In this document: one piece after another, positions 35,675 to 49,055 of the stretch
Position numbering within the stretch: the stretch's first letter is position 1
Layout: each line of letters starts with the position of its first letter
Assembly (NCBI GenBank): GCA_032718475.1
Contig: JAUCBJ010009103.1
Span: 248,001-312,000 of the forward strand
Origin: Nemertoderma westbladi
Taxonomy: Eukaryota > Animalia > Xenacoelomorpha
Length of the DNA stretch: 64,000 nucleotides
Reading direction: 5' to 3'
Notes under the pieces: model-generated
Databases searched by the model: none
The model's input: the letters and a program-made list of their open reading frames with translations, nothing else
Told to the model about the DNA's origin: nothing
Translations under genes and position numbers: made by a program

Positions 35675-38600
35675 GTTAGTTGGGCAAAAGTAGGGGTTGA
35701 AATACTACCCAGATCCAAATCTGTACTACTGGGAAAGGAGGCAGGTTAGTTGGGCAAAAGTAGGGGTTGAAATACTACCCAGATCCAAATCTGTACTACT
35801 GGGAAAGGAGGCAGGTTAGTTGGGCAAAAGTAGGGGTTGAAATACTACCCAGATCCAAATCTGTACTACTGGGAAAGGAGGCAGGTTAGTTGGGCAAAAG
35901 TAGGGGTTGAAATACTACCCAGATCCAGATCTGGGAAAGTTGGCAGGTTAGTTGGGCAAAAGTACGGGTTGAAATACTACCCAGATCCAAATCTGTACTA
36001 CTGGGAAAGGAGGCAGGTTAGTTGGGCAAAAGTAGGGGTTGAAATACTACCCAGATCCAAATCTGTGCTACTGGGAAAGGAGGCAGTTTAGTTGGGCAAA
36101 AGTAGGGGTTGAAATACTACTCAGATCCAAATCTGTACTACTGGGAAAGGAGGTAGGTTTGGCAAAAGTAAGGGTTGAAATACTACCCAGATCCAAATCT
36201 GTACTACTGGGAAAGGAGGCAGGTTAGTTGGGCAAAAGTAGGGGTTGAAATACTACCCAGATCCAAATCTGTACTACTGGGAAAGGAGGCAGGTTAGTTG
36301 GGCAAAAGTAGGGGTTGAAATACTACCCAGATCCAAATCTGTACTACTGGGAAAGGAGGCAGTTTAGTTGGGCAAAAGTAGGGGTTGAAATACTACCCAG
36401 ATCCAAATCTATACTACTGGGAAAGGAGGTAGGTTAGTTGGGCAAAAGTAGGGGTTGAAATACTACCCAGATCCTAATCTGTACTACTGGGAAAGGAGGC
36501 AGGTTAGTTGGGCAAAAGTAGGGGTTGAAATACTACCCAGATTCAAATCTGTACTACTGGGAAAGGAGGCAGGTTAGTTGGGCAAAAGTAGGGGTTGAAA
36601 TACTACCCAGATCCAGATCTGGGAAAGTTGGCAGGTTAGTTGGGCAAAAGTACGGGTTGAAATACTACCCAGATCCAAATCTGTACTACTGGGAAAGGAG
36701 GCAGCTTAGTTGGGCAAAAGTAGGGGTTGAAATACTACCCAGATCCAAATCTGTACTACTGGGAAAGGAGGCAGGTTAGTTGGGCAAAAGTAGGGGTTGA
36801 AATACTACCCAGATCCAGATCTGGGAAAGTTGGCAGGTTAGTTGGGCAAAAGTACGGGTTGAAATACTACCCAGATCCAAATCTGTACTACTGGGAAAGG
36901 AGGCACGTTAGTTGGGCAAAAGTAGGGGTTGAAATACTACCCAGATCCATATCTGTACTACTGGGAAAGGAGGTAGGTTAGTTGGGCAAAAGTAGGGGTT
37001 GAAATACTACCCAGATCCAAATCTGTACTACTGGGAAAGGAGGCAGGTTAGTTGGGCAAAAGTAGGGGTTGAAATACTACCCAGATCCAGATCTGGGAAA
37101 GTTGGCAGGTTAGTTGGGCAAAAGTACGGGTTGAAATACTACCCAGATCCAAATCTATACTACTGGGAAAGGAGGCAGGTTAGTTGGGCAAAAGTAGGGG
37201 TTGAAATACTACCCAGATCCAGATCTGGGAAAGTTGGCAGGTTAGTTGGGCAAAAGTACGGGTTGAAATACTACCCAGATCCAAATCTATACTACTGGGA
37301 AAGGAGGCACGTTAGTTGGGCAAAAGTAGGGGTTGAAATACTACCCAGATCCATATCTGTACTACTGGGAAAGGAGGTAGGTTAGTTGGGCAAAAGTACG
37401 GGTTGAAATACTACCCAGATCCAAATCTGTACTACTGGGAAAGGAGGCAGCTTAGTTGGGCAAAAGTAGGGGTTGAAATACTACCCAGATCCAAATCTGT
37501 ACTACTGGGAAAGGAGGCAGGTTAGTTGGGCAAAAGTAGGGGTTGAAATACTACCCAGATCCAGATCTGGGAAAGTTGGCAGGTTAGTTGGGCAAAAGTA
37601 CGGGTTGAAATACTACCCAGATCCAAATCTGTACTACTGGGAAAGGAGGCACGTTAGTTGGGCAAAAGTAGGGGTTGAAATACTACCCAGATCCATATCT
37701 GTACTACTGGGAAAGGAGGTAGGTTAGTTGGGCAAAAGTAGGGGTTGAAATACTACCCAGATCCAAATCTGTACTACTGAGAAAGGAGGCACGTTAGTTG
37801 GGCAAAAGTAGGGGTTGAAATACTACCCAGATCCATATCTGTACTACTGGGAAAGGAGCTAGGTTAGTTGGGCAAAAGTAGGGGTTGAAATACTACCCAG
37901 ACCCAGATCTGTACTACTGAGAAAGGAGGCACGTTAGTTGGGCAAAAGTAGGGGTTGAAATACTACCCAGATCCAAATCTGTACTACTGGGAAAGGAGGT
38001 AGGTTAGTTGGGCAAAAGTAGGGGTTGAAATACTACCCAGATCCAAATCTGTACTACTGAGAAAGGAGGCAGGTTAGTTGGGCAAAAGTACGGGTTGAAA
38101 TACTACCCAGATCCAAATCTATACTACTGGGAAAGGAAACAGGTTAGTTGGGCAAAAGTAGGGGTTGAAATACTACTCAGATCCAAATCTGTACTACTGG
38201 GAAAGGAGGCACGTTAGTTGGGCAAAAGTAGGGGTTGAAATACTACCCAGATCCAAATCTGTACTACTGGGAAAGGAGGTAGGTTAGTTGGGCAAAAGTA
38301 GGGGTTGAAATACTACCCAGATCCAAATCTGTACTACTGAGAAAGGAGGCAGGTTAGTTGGGCAAAAGTAGGGGTTGAAATACTACCCAGATCCAGATCT
38401 CTACTACTGGGAAAGGAGGCAGGTTAGTTGAGCAAAAGTAGGGGTTGAAATACTACCCAGATCCAAATCTGTGCTACCGGTACTGGGGAAGGAGGCAGGT
38501 TAGTTGGGCAAAAGTAGGGGTTGAAATACTACCCAGATCCAAATCTGTACTACTGAGAAAGGAGGCACGTTAGTTGGGCAAAAGTAGGGGTTGAAATACT

Positions 38601-41600
38601 ACCCAGATCCAAATCTGTACTACTGGGAAAGGAGGTAGGTTAGTTGGGCAAAAGTAGGGGTTGAAATACTACCCAGATCCAAATCTGTACTACTGAGAAA
38701 GGAGGCAGGTTAGTTGGGCAAAAGTACGGGTTGAAATACTACCCAGATCCAAATCTATACTACTGGGAAAGGAAACAGGTTAGTTGGGCAAAAGTAGGGG
38801 TTGAAATACTACTCAGATCCAAATCTGTACTACTGGGAAAGGAGGCACGTTAGTTGGGCAAAAGTAGGGGTTGAAATACTACCCAGATCCAAATCTGTAC
38901 TACTGGGAAAGGAGGTAGGTTAGTTGGGCAAAAGTAGGGGTTGAAATACTACCCAGATCCAAATCTGTACTACTGGGAAAGGAGGCACGTTAGTTGGGCA
39001 AAAGTAGGGGTTGAAATACTACCCAGATCCAAATCTGTACTACTGGGAAAGGAGGCACGTTAGTTGGGCAAAAGTAGGGGTTGAAATACTACCCAGATCC
39101 AAATCTGTACTACTGGGAAAGGAGGTAGGTTAGTTGGGCAAAAGTAGGGGTTGAAATACTACCCAGATCCAAATCTGTACTACTGAGAAAGGAGGCAGGT
39201 TAGTTGGGCAAAAGTAGGGGTTGAAATACTACCCAGATCCAGATCTCTACTACTGGGAAAGGAGGCAGGTTAGTTGAGCAAAAGTAGGGGTTGAAATACT
39301 ACCCAGATCCAAATCTGTGCTACCGGTACTGGGGAAGGAGGCAGGTTAGTTGGGCAAAAGTAGGGGTTGAAATACTACCCAGATCCAAATCTGTACTACT
39401 GAGAAAGGAGGCACGTTAGTTGGGCAAAAGTAGGGGTTGAAATACTACCCAGATCCAAATCTGTACTACTGGGAAAGGAGGTAGGTTAGTTGGGCAAAAG
39501 TAGGGGTTGAAATACTACCCAGATCCAAATCTGTACTACTGAGAAAGGAGGCAGGTTAGTTGGGCAAAAGTACGGGTTGAAATACTACCCAGATCCAAAT
39601 CTATACTACTGGGAAAGGAAACAGGTTAGTTGGGCAAAAGTAGGGGTTGAAATACTACTCAGATCCAAATCTGTACTACTGGGAAAGGAGGCACGTTAGT
39701 TGGGCAAAAGTAGGGGTTGAAATACTACCCAGATCCAAATCTGTACTACTGGGAAAGGAGGTAGGTTAGTTGGGCAAAAGTAGGGGTTGAAATACTACCC
39801 AGATCCAAATCTGTACTACTGGGAAAGGAGGCACGTTAGTTGGGCAAAAGTAGGGGTTGAAATACTACCCAGATCCAAATCTGTACTACTGGGAAAGGAG
39901 GTAGGTTAGTTGGGCAAAAGTAGGGGTTGAAATACTACCCAGATCCAAATCTGTACTACTGAGAAAGGAGGCAGGTTAGTTGGGCAAAAGTACGGGTTGA
40001 AATACTACCCAGATCCAAATCTATACTACTGGGAAAGGAAACAGGTTAGTTGGGCAAAAGTAGGGGTTGAAATACTACTCAGATCCAAATCTGTACTACT
40101 GGGAAAGGAGGCACGTTAGTTGGGCAAAAGTAGGGGTTGAAATACTACCCAGATCCAAATCTGTACTACTGGGAAAGGAGGTAGGTTAGTTGGGCAAAAG
40201 TAGGGGTTGAAATACTACCCAGATCCAAATCTGTACTACTGAGAAAGGAGGCAGGTTAGTTGGGCAAAAGTAGGGGTTGAAATACTACCCAGATCCAGAT
40301 CTCTACTACTGGGAAAGGAGGCAGGTTAGTTGGGCAAAAGTAGGGGTTGAAATACTACCCAGATCCAAATCTGTGCTACCGGTACTGGGAAAGGAGGCAG
40401 GTTAGTTGGGCAAAAGTAGGGGTTGAAATACTACCCAGATCCAGATCTGTACTAACTACTGGGAATGGAGGCAGGTTAGTTGGGCAAAAGTAGGGGTTGA
40501 AATACTACCCAGATCCTAATCTGTACTACTGGGAAAGGAGGCAGGTTAGTTGGGCAAAAGTTGGGGTTGAAATACTACCCAGATCCAAATCTGTGCTACT
40601 GGGAAAGGAGGCAGGTTAGTTGGGCAAAAGTAGGGGTTGAAATACTACCCAGATCCAGATCTGGGAAAGTTGGCAGGTTAGTTGGGCAAAAGTACGGGTT
40701 GAAATACTACCCAGATCCAAATCTGTACTACTGGGAAAGGAGGCACGTTAGTTGGGCAAAAGTAGGGGTTGAAATACTACCCAGATCCATATCTGTACTA
40801 CTGGGAAAGGAGGTAGGTTAGTTGGGCAAAAGTACGGGTTGAAATACTACCCAGATCCAAATCTGTACTACTGGGAAAGGAGGCAGCTTAGTTGGGCAAA
40901 AGTAGGGGTTGAAATACTACCCAGATCCAAATCTGTACTACTGGGAAAGGAGGCAGGTTAGTTGGGCAAAAGTAGGGGTTGAAATACTACCCAGATCCAG
41001 ATCTGGGAAAGTTGGCAGGTTAGTTGGGCAAAAGTACGGGTTGAAATACTACCCAGATCCAAATCTGTACTACTGGGAAAGGAGGCACGTTAGTTGGGCA
41101 AAAGTAGGGGTTGAAATACTACCCAGATCCATATCTGTACTACTGGGAAAGGAGGTAGGTTAGTTGGGCAAAAGTAGGGGTTGAAATACTACCCAGATCC
41201 AAATCTGTACTACTGAGAAAGGAGGCACGTTAGTTGGGCAAAAGTAGGGGTTGAAATACTACCCAGATCCATATCTGTACTACTGGGAAAGGAGCTAGGT
41301 TAGTTGGGCAAAAGTAGGGGTTGAAATACTACCCAGACCCAGATCTGTACTACTGAGAAAGGAGGCACGTTAGTTGGGCAAAAGTAGGGGTTGAAATACT
41401 ACCCAGATCCAAATCTGTACTACTGGGAAAGGAGGTAGGTTAGTTGGGCAAAAGTAGGGGTTGAAATACTACCCAGATCCAAATCTGTACTACTGAGAAA
41501 GGAGGCAGGTTAGTTGGGCAAAAGTACGGGTTGAAATACTACCCAGATCCAAATCTATACTACTGGGAAAGGAAACAGGTTAGTTGGGCAAAAGTAGGGG

Positions 41601-44600
41601 TTGAAATACTACTCAGATCCAAATCTGTACTACTGGGAAAGGAGGCACGTTAGTTGGGCAAAAGTAGGGGTTGAAATACTACCCAGATCCAAATCTGTAC
41701 TACTGGGAAAGGAGGTAGGTTAGTTGGGCAAAAGTAGGGGTTGAAATACTACCCAGATCCAAATCTGTACTACTGAGAAAGGAGGCAGGTTAGTTGGGCA
41801 AAAGTAGGGGTTGAAATACTACCCAGATCCAGATCTCTACTACTGGGAAAGGAGGCAGGTTAGTTGAGCAAAAGTAGGGGTTGAAATACTACCCAGATCC
41901 AAATCTGTGCTACCGGTACTGGGGAAGGAGGCAGGTTAGTTGGGCAAAAGTAGGGGTTGAAATACTACCCAGATCCAAATCTGTACTACTGAGAAAGGAG
42001 GCACGTTAGTTGGGCAAAAGTAGGGGTTGAAATACTACCCAGATCCAAATCTGTACTACTGGGAAAGGAGGTAGGTTAGTTGGGCAAAAGTAGGGGTTGA
42101 AATACTACCCAGATCCAAATCTGTACTACTGAGAAAGGAGGCAGGTTAGTTGGGCAAAAGTACGGGTTGAAATACTACCCAGATCCAAATCTATACTACT
42201 GGGAAAGGAAACAGGTTAGTTGGGCAAAAGTAGGGGTTGAAATACTACTCAGATCCAAATCTGTACTACTGGGAAAGGAGGCACGTTAGTTGGGCAAAAG
42301 TAGGGGTTGAAATACTACCCAGATCCAAATCTGTACTACTGGGAAAGGAGGTAGGTTAGTTGGGCAAAAGTAGGGGTTGAAATACTACCCAGATCCAAAT
42401 CTGTACTACTGGGAAAGGAGGCACGTTAGTTGGGCAAAAGTAGGGGTTGAAATACTACCCAGATCCAAATCTGTACTACTGGGAAAGGAGGCACGTTAGT
42501 TGGGCAAAAGTAGGGGTTGAAATACTACCCAGATCCAAATCTGTACTACTGGGAAAGGAGGTAGGTTAGTTGGGCAAAAGTAGGGGTTGAAATACTACCC
42601 AGATCCAAATCTGTACTACTGAGAAAGGAGGCAGGTTAGTTGGGCAAAAGTAGGGGTTGAAATACTACCCAGATCCAGATCTCTACTACTGGGAAAGGAG
42701 GCAGGTTAGTTGAGCAAAAGTAGGGGTTGAAATACTACCCAGATCCAAATCTGTGCTACCGGTACTGGGGAAGGAGGCAGGTTAGTTGGGCAAAAGTAGG
42801 GGTTGAAATACTACCCAGATCCAAATCTGTACTACTGAGAAAGGAGGCACGTTAGTTGGGCAAAAGTAGGGGTTGAAATACTACCCAGATCCAAATCTGT
42901 ACTACTGGGAAAGGAGGTAGGTTAGTTGGGCAAAAGTAGGGGTTGAAATACTACCCAGATCCAAATCTGTACTACTGAGAAAGGAGGCAGGTTAGTTGGG
43001 CAAAAGTACGGGTTGAAATACTACCCAGATCCAAATCTATACTACTGGGAAAGGAAACAGGTTAGTTGGGCAAAAGTAGGGGTTGAAATACTACTCAGAT
43101 CCAAATCTGTACAACTGGGAAAGGAGGCACGTTAGTTGGGCAAAAGTAGGGGTTGAAATACTACCCAGATCCAAATCTGTACTACTGGGAAAGGAGGTAG
43201 GTTAGTTGGGCAAAAGTAGGGGTTGAAATACTACCCAGATCCAAATCTGTACTACTGGGAAAGGAGGCACGTTAGTTGGGCAAAAGTAGGGGTTGAAATA
43301 CTACCCAGATCCAAATCTGTACTACTGGGAAAGGAGGTAGGTTAGTTGGGCAAAAGTAGGGGTTGAAATACTACCCAGATCCAAATCTGTACTACTGAGA
43401 AAGGAGGCAGGTTAGTTGGGCAAAAGTACGGGTTGAAATACTACCCAGATCCAAATCTATACTACTGGGAAAGGAAACAGGTTAGTTGGGCAAAAGTAGG
43501 GGTTGAAATACTACTCAGATCCAAATCTGTACTACTGGGAAAGGAGGCACGTTAGTTGGGCAAAAGTAGGGGTTGAAATACTACCCAGATCCAAATCTGT
43601 ACTACTGGGAAAGGAGGTAGGTTAGTTGGGCAAAAGTAGGGGTTGAAATACTACCCAGATCCAAATCTGTACTACTGGGAAAGGAGGCAGGTTAGTTGGG
43701 CAAAAGTAGGGGTTGAAATACTACCCAGATCCAAATCTGTACTACTGGGAAAGGAGGCACGTTAGTTGGGCAAAAGTAGGGGTTGAAATACTACCCAGAT
43801 CCAAATCTGTACTACTGGGAAAGGAGGTAGGTTAGTTGGGCAAAAGTAGGGGTTGAAATACTACCCAGATCCAAATCTGTACTACTGGGAAAGGAGGCAG
43901 GTTAGTTGGGCAAAAGTAGGGGTTGAAATACTACCCAGATCCAGATCTGTACTACTGGGAAAGGAGGCAGGTTAGTTGGGCAAAAGTAGGGGTTGAAATA
44001 CTACCCAGATCCAAATCTGTGCTACCGGTACTGGGGAAGGAGGCAGGTTAGTTGGGCAAAAGTAGGGGTTGAAATACTACCCAGATCCAAATCTGTACTA
44101 CTGAGAAAGGAGGCACGTTAGTTGGGCAAAAGTAGGGGTTGAAATACTACCCAGATCCAAATCTGTACTACTGGGAAAGGAGGTAGGTTAGTTGGGCAAA
44201 AGTAGGGGTTGAAATACTACCCAGATCCAAATCTGTACTACTGAGAAAGGAGGCAGGTTAGTTGGGCAAAAGTACGGGTTGAAATACTACCCAGATCCAA
44301 ATCTATACTACTGGGAAAGGAAACAGGTTAGTTGGGCAAAAGTAGGGGTTGAAATACTACTCAGATCCAAATCTGTACTACTGGGAAAGGAGGCACGTTA
44401 GTTGGGCAAAAGTAGGGGTTGAAATACTACCCAGATCCAAATCTGTACTACTGGGAAAGGAGGTAGGTTAGTTGGGCAAAAGTAGGGGTTGAAATACTAC
44501 CCAGATCCAAATCTGTACTACTGAGAAAGGAGGCAGGTTAGTTGGGCAAAAGTAGGGGTTGAAATACTACCCAGATCCAGATCTCTACTACTGGGAAAGG

Positions 44601-45250
44601 AGGCAGGTTAGTTGGGCAAAAGTAGGGGTTGAAATACTACCCAGATCCAAATCTGTGCTACTGGGAAAGGAGGTAGGTTAGTTGGGCAAAAGTAGGGGTT
44701 GAAATACTACCCAGATCCAAATCTGTACTACTGAGAAAGGAGGCAGGTTAGTTGGGCAAAAGTAGGGGTTGAAATACTACCCAGATCCAGATCTCTACTA
44801 CTGGGAAAGGAAACAGGTTAGTTGGGCAAAAGTAGGGGTTGAAATACTACTCAGATCCAAATCTGTACTACTGGGAAAGGAGGCACGTTAGTTGGGCAAA
44901 AGTAGGGGTTGAAATACTACCCAGATCCAAATCTGTACTACTGGGAAAGGAGGTAGGTTAGTTGGGCAAAAGTAGGGGTTGAAATACTACCCAGATCCAA
45001 ATCTGTACTACTGAGAAAGGAGGCAGGTTAGTTGGGCAAAAGTAGGGGTTGAAATACTACCCAGATCCAGATCTCTACTACTGGGAAAGGAGGCAGGTTA
45101 GTTGGGCAAAAGTAGGGGTTGAAATACTACCCAGATCCAAATCTGTGCTACCGGTACTGGGAAAGGAGGCAGGTTAGTTGGGCAAAAGTAGGGGTTGAAA
45201 TACTACCCAGATCCAGATCTGGGAAAGTTGGCAGGTTAGTTGGGCAAAAG
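35608..45250 (+). repeat. 70-bp exon-derived satellite, left block (~138 units)
   Basis: Unit AGTTGGGCAAAAGTAGGGGTTGAAATACTACCCAGATCCAAATCTGTACTACTGGGAAAGGAGGCAGGTT, with 62- and 76-bp variants. The first unit is the exon itself. Confidence 0.98.
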
Positions 45251-45797
45251 TGTTAGCTTATTCAATCCCGCTAACACCCCATAAAAGTTAAGCCGATAAG
45301 CAATATTGGGGGCCACGAGATTGGGTAATCACCAACTCGTGTCACCCCAATAAAATGGAAAGGAGAAACACAATGAGGGTCAGGGGCCAAACCCCTAACC
45401 CAGAGAGAACAGGTGGAGTGAACGGGAACACTCCAAAGGGCGCCAACAAGGGTATCAACCAATCAGAGGGGGGAAAGGCATCGATTAGGTAGAGTAACAA
45501 GGCCAACCCGTGCAATATAGCCAGTTGGCAGTAATCATTTCATTCAGTTATCTCAGTATCATATTGGTGCTAGTTAGGTTAGTTAGTTTAGCTAGGGAAG
45601 GACCGAGACTTTAATTACCGTATCCCGCCTTCCGTATACGACAACATTATCCATATCTATGCTTATATCTATATACCCGTACAACCGATTATTATATACG
45701 ACGAACGACACGAACTCTTTTTACCTTTCATACACACGGCGGGGACGCGTGAACTAAACAACCGGATAAACCGGGATCCTTCCTGGATCCCGTCACA
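45251..45797 (+). repeat. 5' LTR (547 bp)
   Basis: TGTTAGC...CGTCACA. Two substitutions noticed relative to the 3' LTR. Confidence 0.98.
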
Positions 45798-45895
45798 GTA
45801 ATTAAATCCGTCGGTGGCACAGTAATTAAAACTCAGAGCTGCCGCCCTAGCTAGCTAAACCCAGCGACTACCAGCCACCAATCGAACCAACCGAG

Positions 45896-48800
45896 ATGAG
45901 TCAGTCGGGAGAGACGACGCCGACGCGGACCCCGGACGAAGAATTAACGATCCGCGAGGCCGCAACCAGGCGGTACAGGCCCACAACGCCGGACCCATCG
46001 GTAACGGGTCATCCGGCAGCTCAGGATGAGGGGGGCCGCCTGGAACCCGAGGTCGAGCCGAGAGAAGGAGAGAGCGAGACGGAGGGAGACAGAGACGAGT
46101 CGACACGAGACGCGGGTCGACGTACTGATGTCGCCGGCCAGCCACAGGCCGAAGGCGACGAGCGGCCCACCGAAACGGCGACGGTGGGGCTGACGGTACG
46201 ACGCCGGACCCGAAGAGACGGAGGAGATGTCGGTACCGATGTCGCCGGCCAGCCACAGGCCGAGGGCGACGAGCAGCCCACCGAAACGGCGACGGTGGGG
46301 CCGACGGTACGACGCCGGACCCGGAGAGATGGAAGAGAGGTCGGCGACGAGGATGTCGGGGTTTCTGATCGACTTCGACGGGCCTACAACGCGACCCGGA
46401 GACTATTAGAGGAGGCCAGAGGAGGGGCGACGATAGACAAGGTAAAACTAAAGAAAGGACTAGGTGAGTCGAATAGACACTTTTATTATCTAATGCGCTT
46501 CGGGCAAAGAGAACTGGCCAAGGAGAGAGCGAGAGGGGTTGCCGAGGAACTGTATGACTTATGGCGGTATAGGGGTATGGAACCTAGCGTAGTGTACGTA
46601 GGGCCGTACTTAGTCGATGCCCGGGGAGTAAAATTAGTGGGTTGGGAGAGACCTGAGGAGGACGAATCCGAGGTTAACCCCGAGGATTCGGCCTCGTCGG
46701 TCGGAGGAAGTTCCGGGAGGCGGGGGAAAGTCAGTAGGTCGGGAAGGCGGAGGGAGTCCGTTACAACCGATAAGTCTGCTACATCCTCCGTAAAAGAAAG
46801 ACGGGTGAGAGAGATAAATGCCACGTACCGTCTCGATTTAATAGAGCGAGGTCAAAGGGAAGTAGGTAGACGGTTAGAGGAGGGGAGAGTGCTGTTAGAG
46901 AGGGAAATGGCGTTGATTAAGGAAACCGGAGAGAGGGCCGAAAGGGCCGCGAGAAGCCTTAGGGAGTGTGAGGAAGTAGGGAGGAAGGAACAAGAAGAGC
47001 GCGAGGCGAGAGAGAAAAATGAGCGCAAAGAGCGTGAGGCGGAACGTAGGGAACGTGAGGCGAAAGAGGAAAACGAGTGCAAAGAGCGCGAGGAGAGAGA
47101 GGAAAACGAGCGCAGAGAGCGTGAGGCGAGACAAAGGGAGGGGGCTAGAAGAGAGTTGGAATTGGCCGAACGGGACGCACGGGAGTGTAAGGAGAGAATG
47201 GCAAGGAAGGAGTGTGAGCAAAAGGAACTAGAGAAACGTCAAGGTGAGCTTACAGGGTACAAAGCTATACACACGCGCGAACGGGAATTGGCACGAATAG
47301 GGGCGTCTGAGAGTGGGGCTAGCTCGAGTATTTTCGAGGAGCCAGGGGCCGTGGATACATTTATTAATACCCCACTTACAGGGACCGCACGACAGACCCA
47401 AGACTGGTGTGACCGTACGGGCGGGGGGGGGGGGGGGGGGGGTAATAATAATGCTATAGTAGACGTCATTAATATTAATAGTACCGTATTGGATAACCCT
47501 AATCCTTTTATTGCAGCAAATAATACTTTACCTAGTAGCAGTGATTTAAATTTAAATACAAATAATAATTTCAATTTAAATGTGCAAAATAATCCGAATA
47601 ATAATTTAAATTTAGAAAACAATAATAATTCAAATAATTTAAGTAATGATCCAAGCCCGAATTTACAAAATAATTCAAATGATTTTGGTTCAAACGAACA
47701 AATTAATTCCGTTTCCAATGTGGGTGCTATTAACGTGAACACGTCGGGCGTGTATGGCCAGGCAGATGGGGGCCTGGTAGGCCATATAATTGGTAGGCCG
47801 GAAGTGGCGGGATTGAGCCAACCCAGAGAGGGCCTGGTAGGCCACGTAGTTGGTAGGCAGGGAGCGGCTGGGTTGGGTAGACCCAGTGAGGGCCTGGTAG
47901 GCCACGTAGTTGATAGGCAGGGAGTGGCTGGGTTGGGTAGACCCAGCGAGGGCCTGGTAGGCCACGTAGTTGGTAGGCAGGGGGTAGAGGGCCTGGTAGG
48001 CCACGCAATAGCAGAGGGAGAGGCGGGGGTGAATAGACCCGACCGCGGTAGGGTTGACGTGTCGACGAGAGAGGGATGTGGTAGCGGGATGAGAGATAGC
48101 GAAGTTAGATGTGGCGAGTGGGGGGGGGCTACAAGAGCCCCACAACAGCGAGTTAGCGGCGAAAGGGGGGGGGGGGCAGAGAGTGCTCCGCAGCCGTCAG
48201 CGGATAATGCGCGGGCCGAAATAGGTAAACCGCAACACCCGGCGACGGAGAGTAATAGGGGGATTGCGAGTATCCCCAACGGCGTGCGACCGAGCAGAGA
48301 GAGACAGGTTGACGTCGTGAGAGGGCGGACGAAGCGTCGAGCCCGATCAGAAGAGGGAAGAAGAACAGTGGGGTTTAACCGGGAGGTCGACGAGAGATCT
48401 CACGAGCGGGAATACTACACTGAAAGGAGAAGAAGAGAAGACAGTAGTAAAAGTATCGCCGCGAATGATAGAAGAGCGAGGACGGATAGCGAGCCGTCGG
48501 TAGTCGAGATGAGAACGGAGAGTCAGTGGGGTCGGACTCCGGGAGATTGCCGTCGCACCGGAGAGATGCGACCTGGTGAGGTGCATTACGCGCCGATGGA
48601 GGGGTACGCGATATACCGGTACGAAGATGAGAACAGTAGAGAGGGGGGGTCGAAGAGAAACTTTCCGACGGAATATACCTACCAATCGAGAGTACGGTAG
48701 CCACGGGGAGGACTATTTGAGAAGAATAAACTTCGATCCCGAGCGACACATGCAGACTGTAGGACATACTGTAGGCCTTACTGCACATACCATAGGCCAT

Positions 48801-49055
48801 ACTGAGAGAGGCAATGTAGGCGATAGGATAGCGCGGACAACAGGATTAAACCCGGAAGTCGCGGAATACATACCGGCGAGTAGGCCAGAAGCTGATAGGC
48901 CTATACCGGTACCAGCACAGCAGTATGACTACAGCATGCAGGGACATAACATATACCCAGGGGAGGGGGGAATTATTGCGGATAGGTGTATGGGCCCCAA
49001 TATATTAACATCAACCCCAGTACCAAACATACCGGTGGGGGGGGGGACAGGGTGA
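45896..49055 (+). CDS. Long N-terminal part of gag (disordered, coiled-coil, Asn-rich, internal repeats), frameshifted
   Basis: ORFs 45896..48700 and 48576..49055 overlap across G-runs. Features include a 120-bp duplication at ~46125-46325, an E/R coiled coil and GLVGHVVGRQG repeats. Confidence 0.75.
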
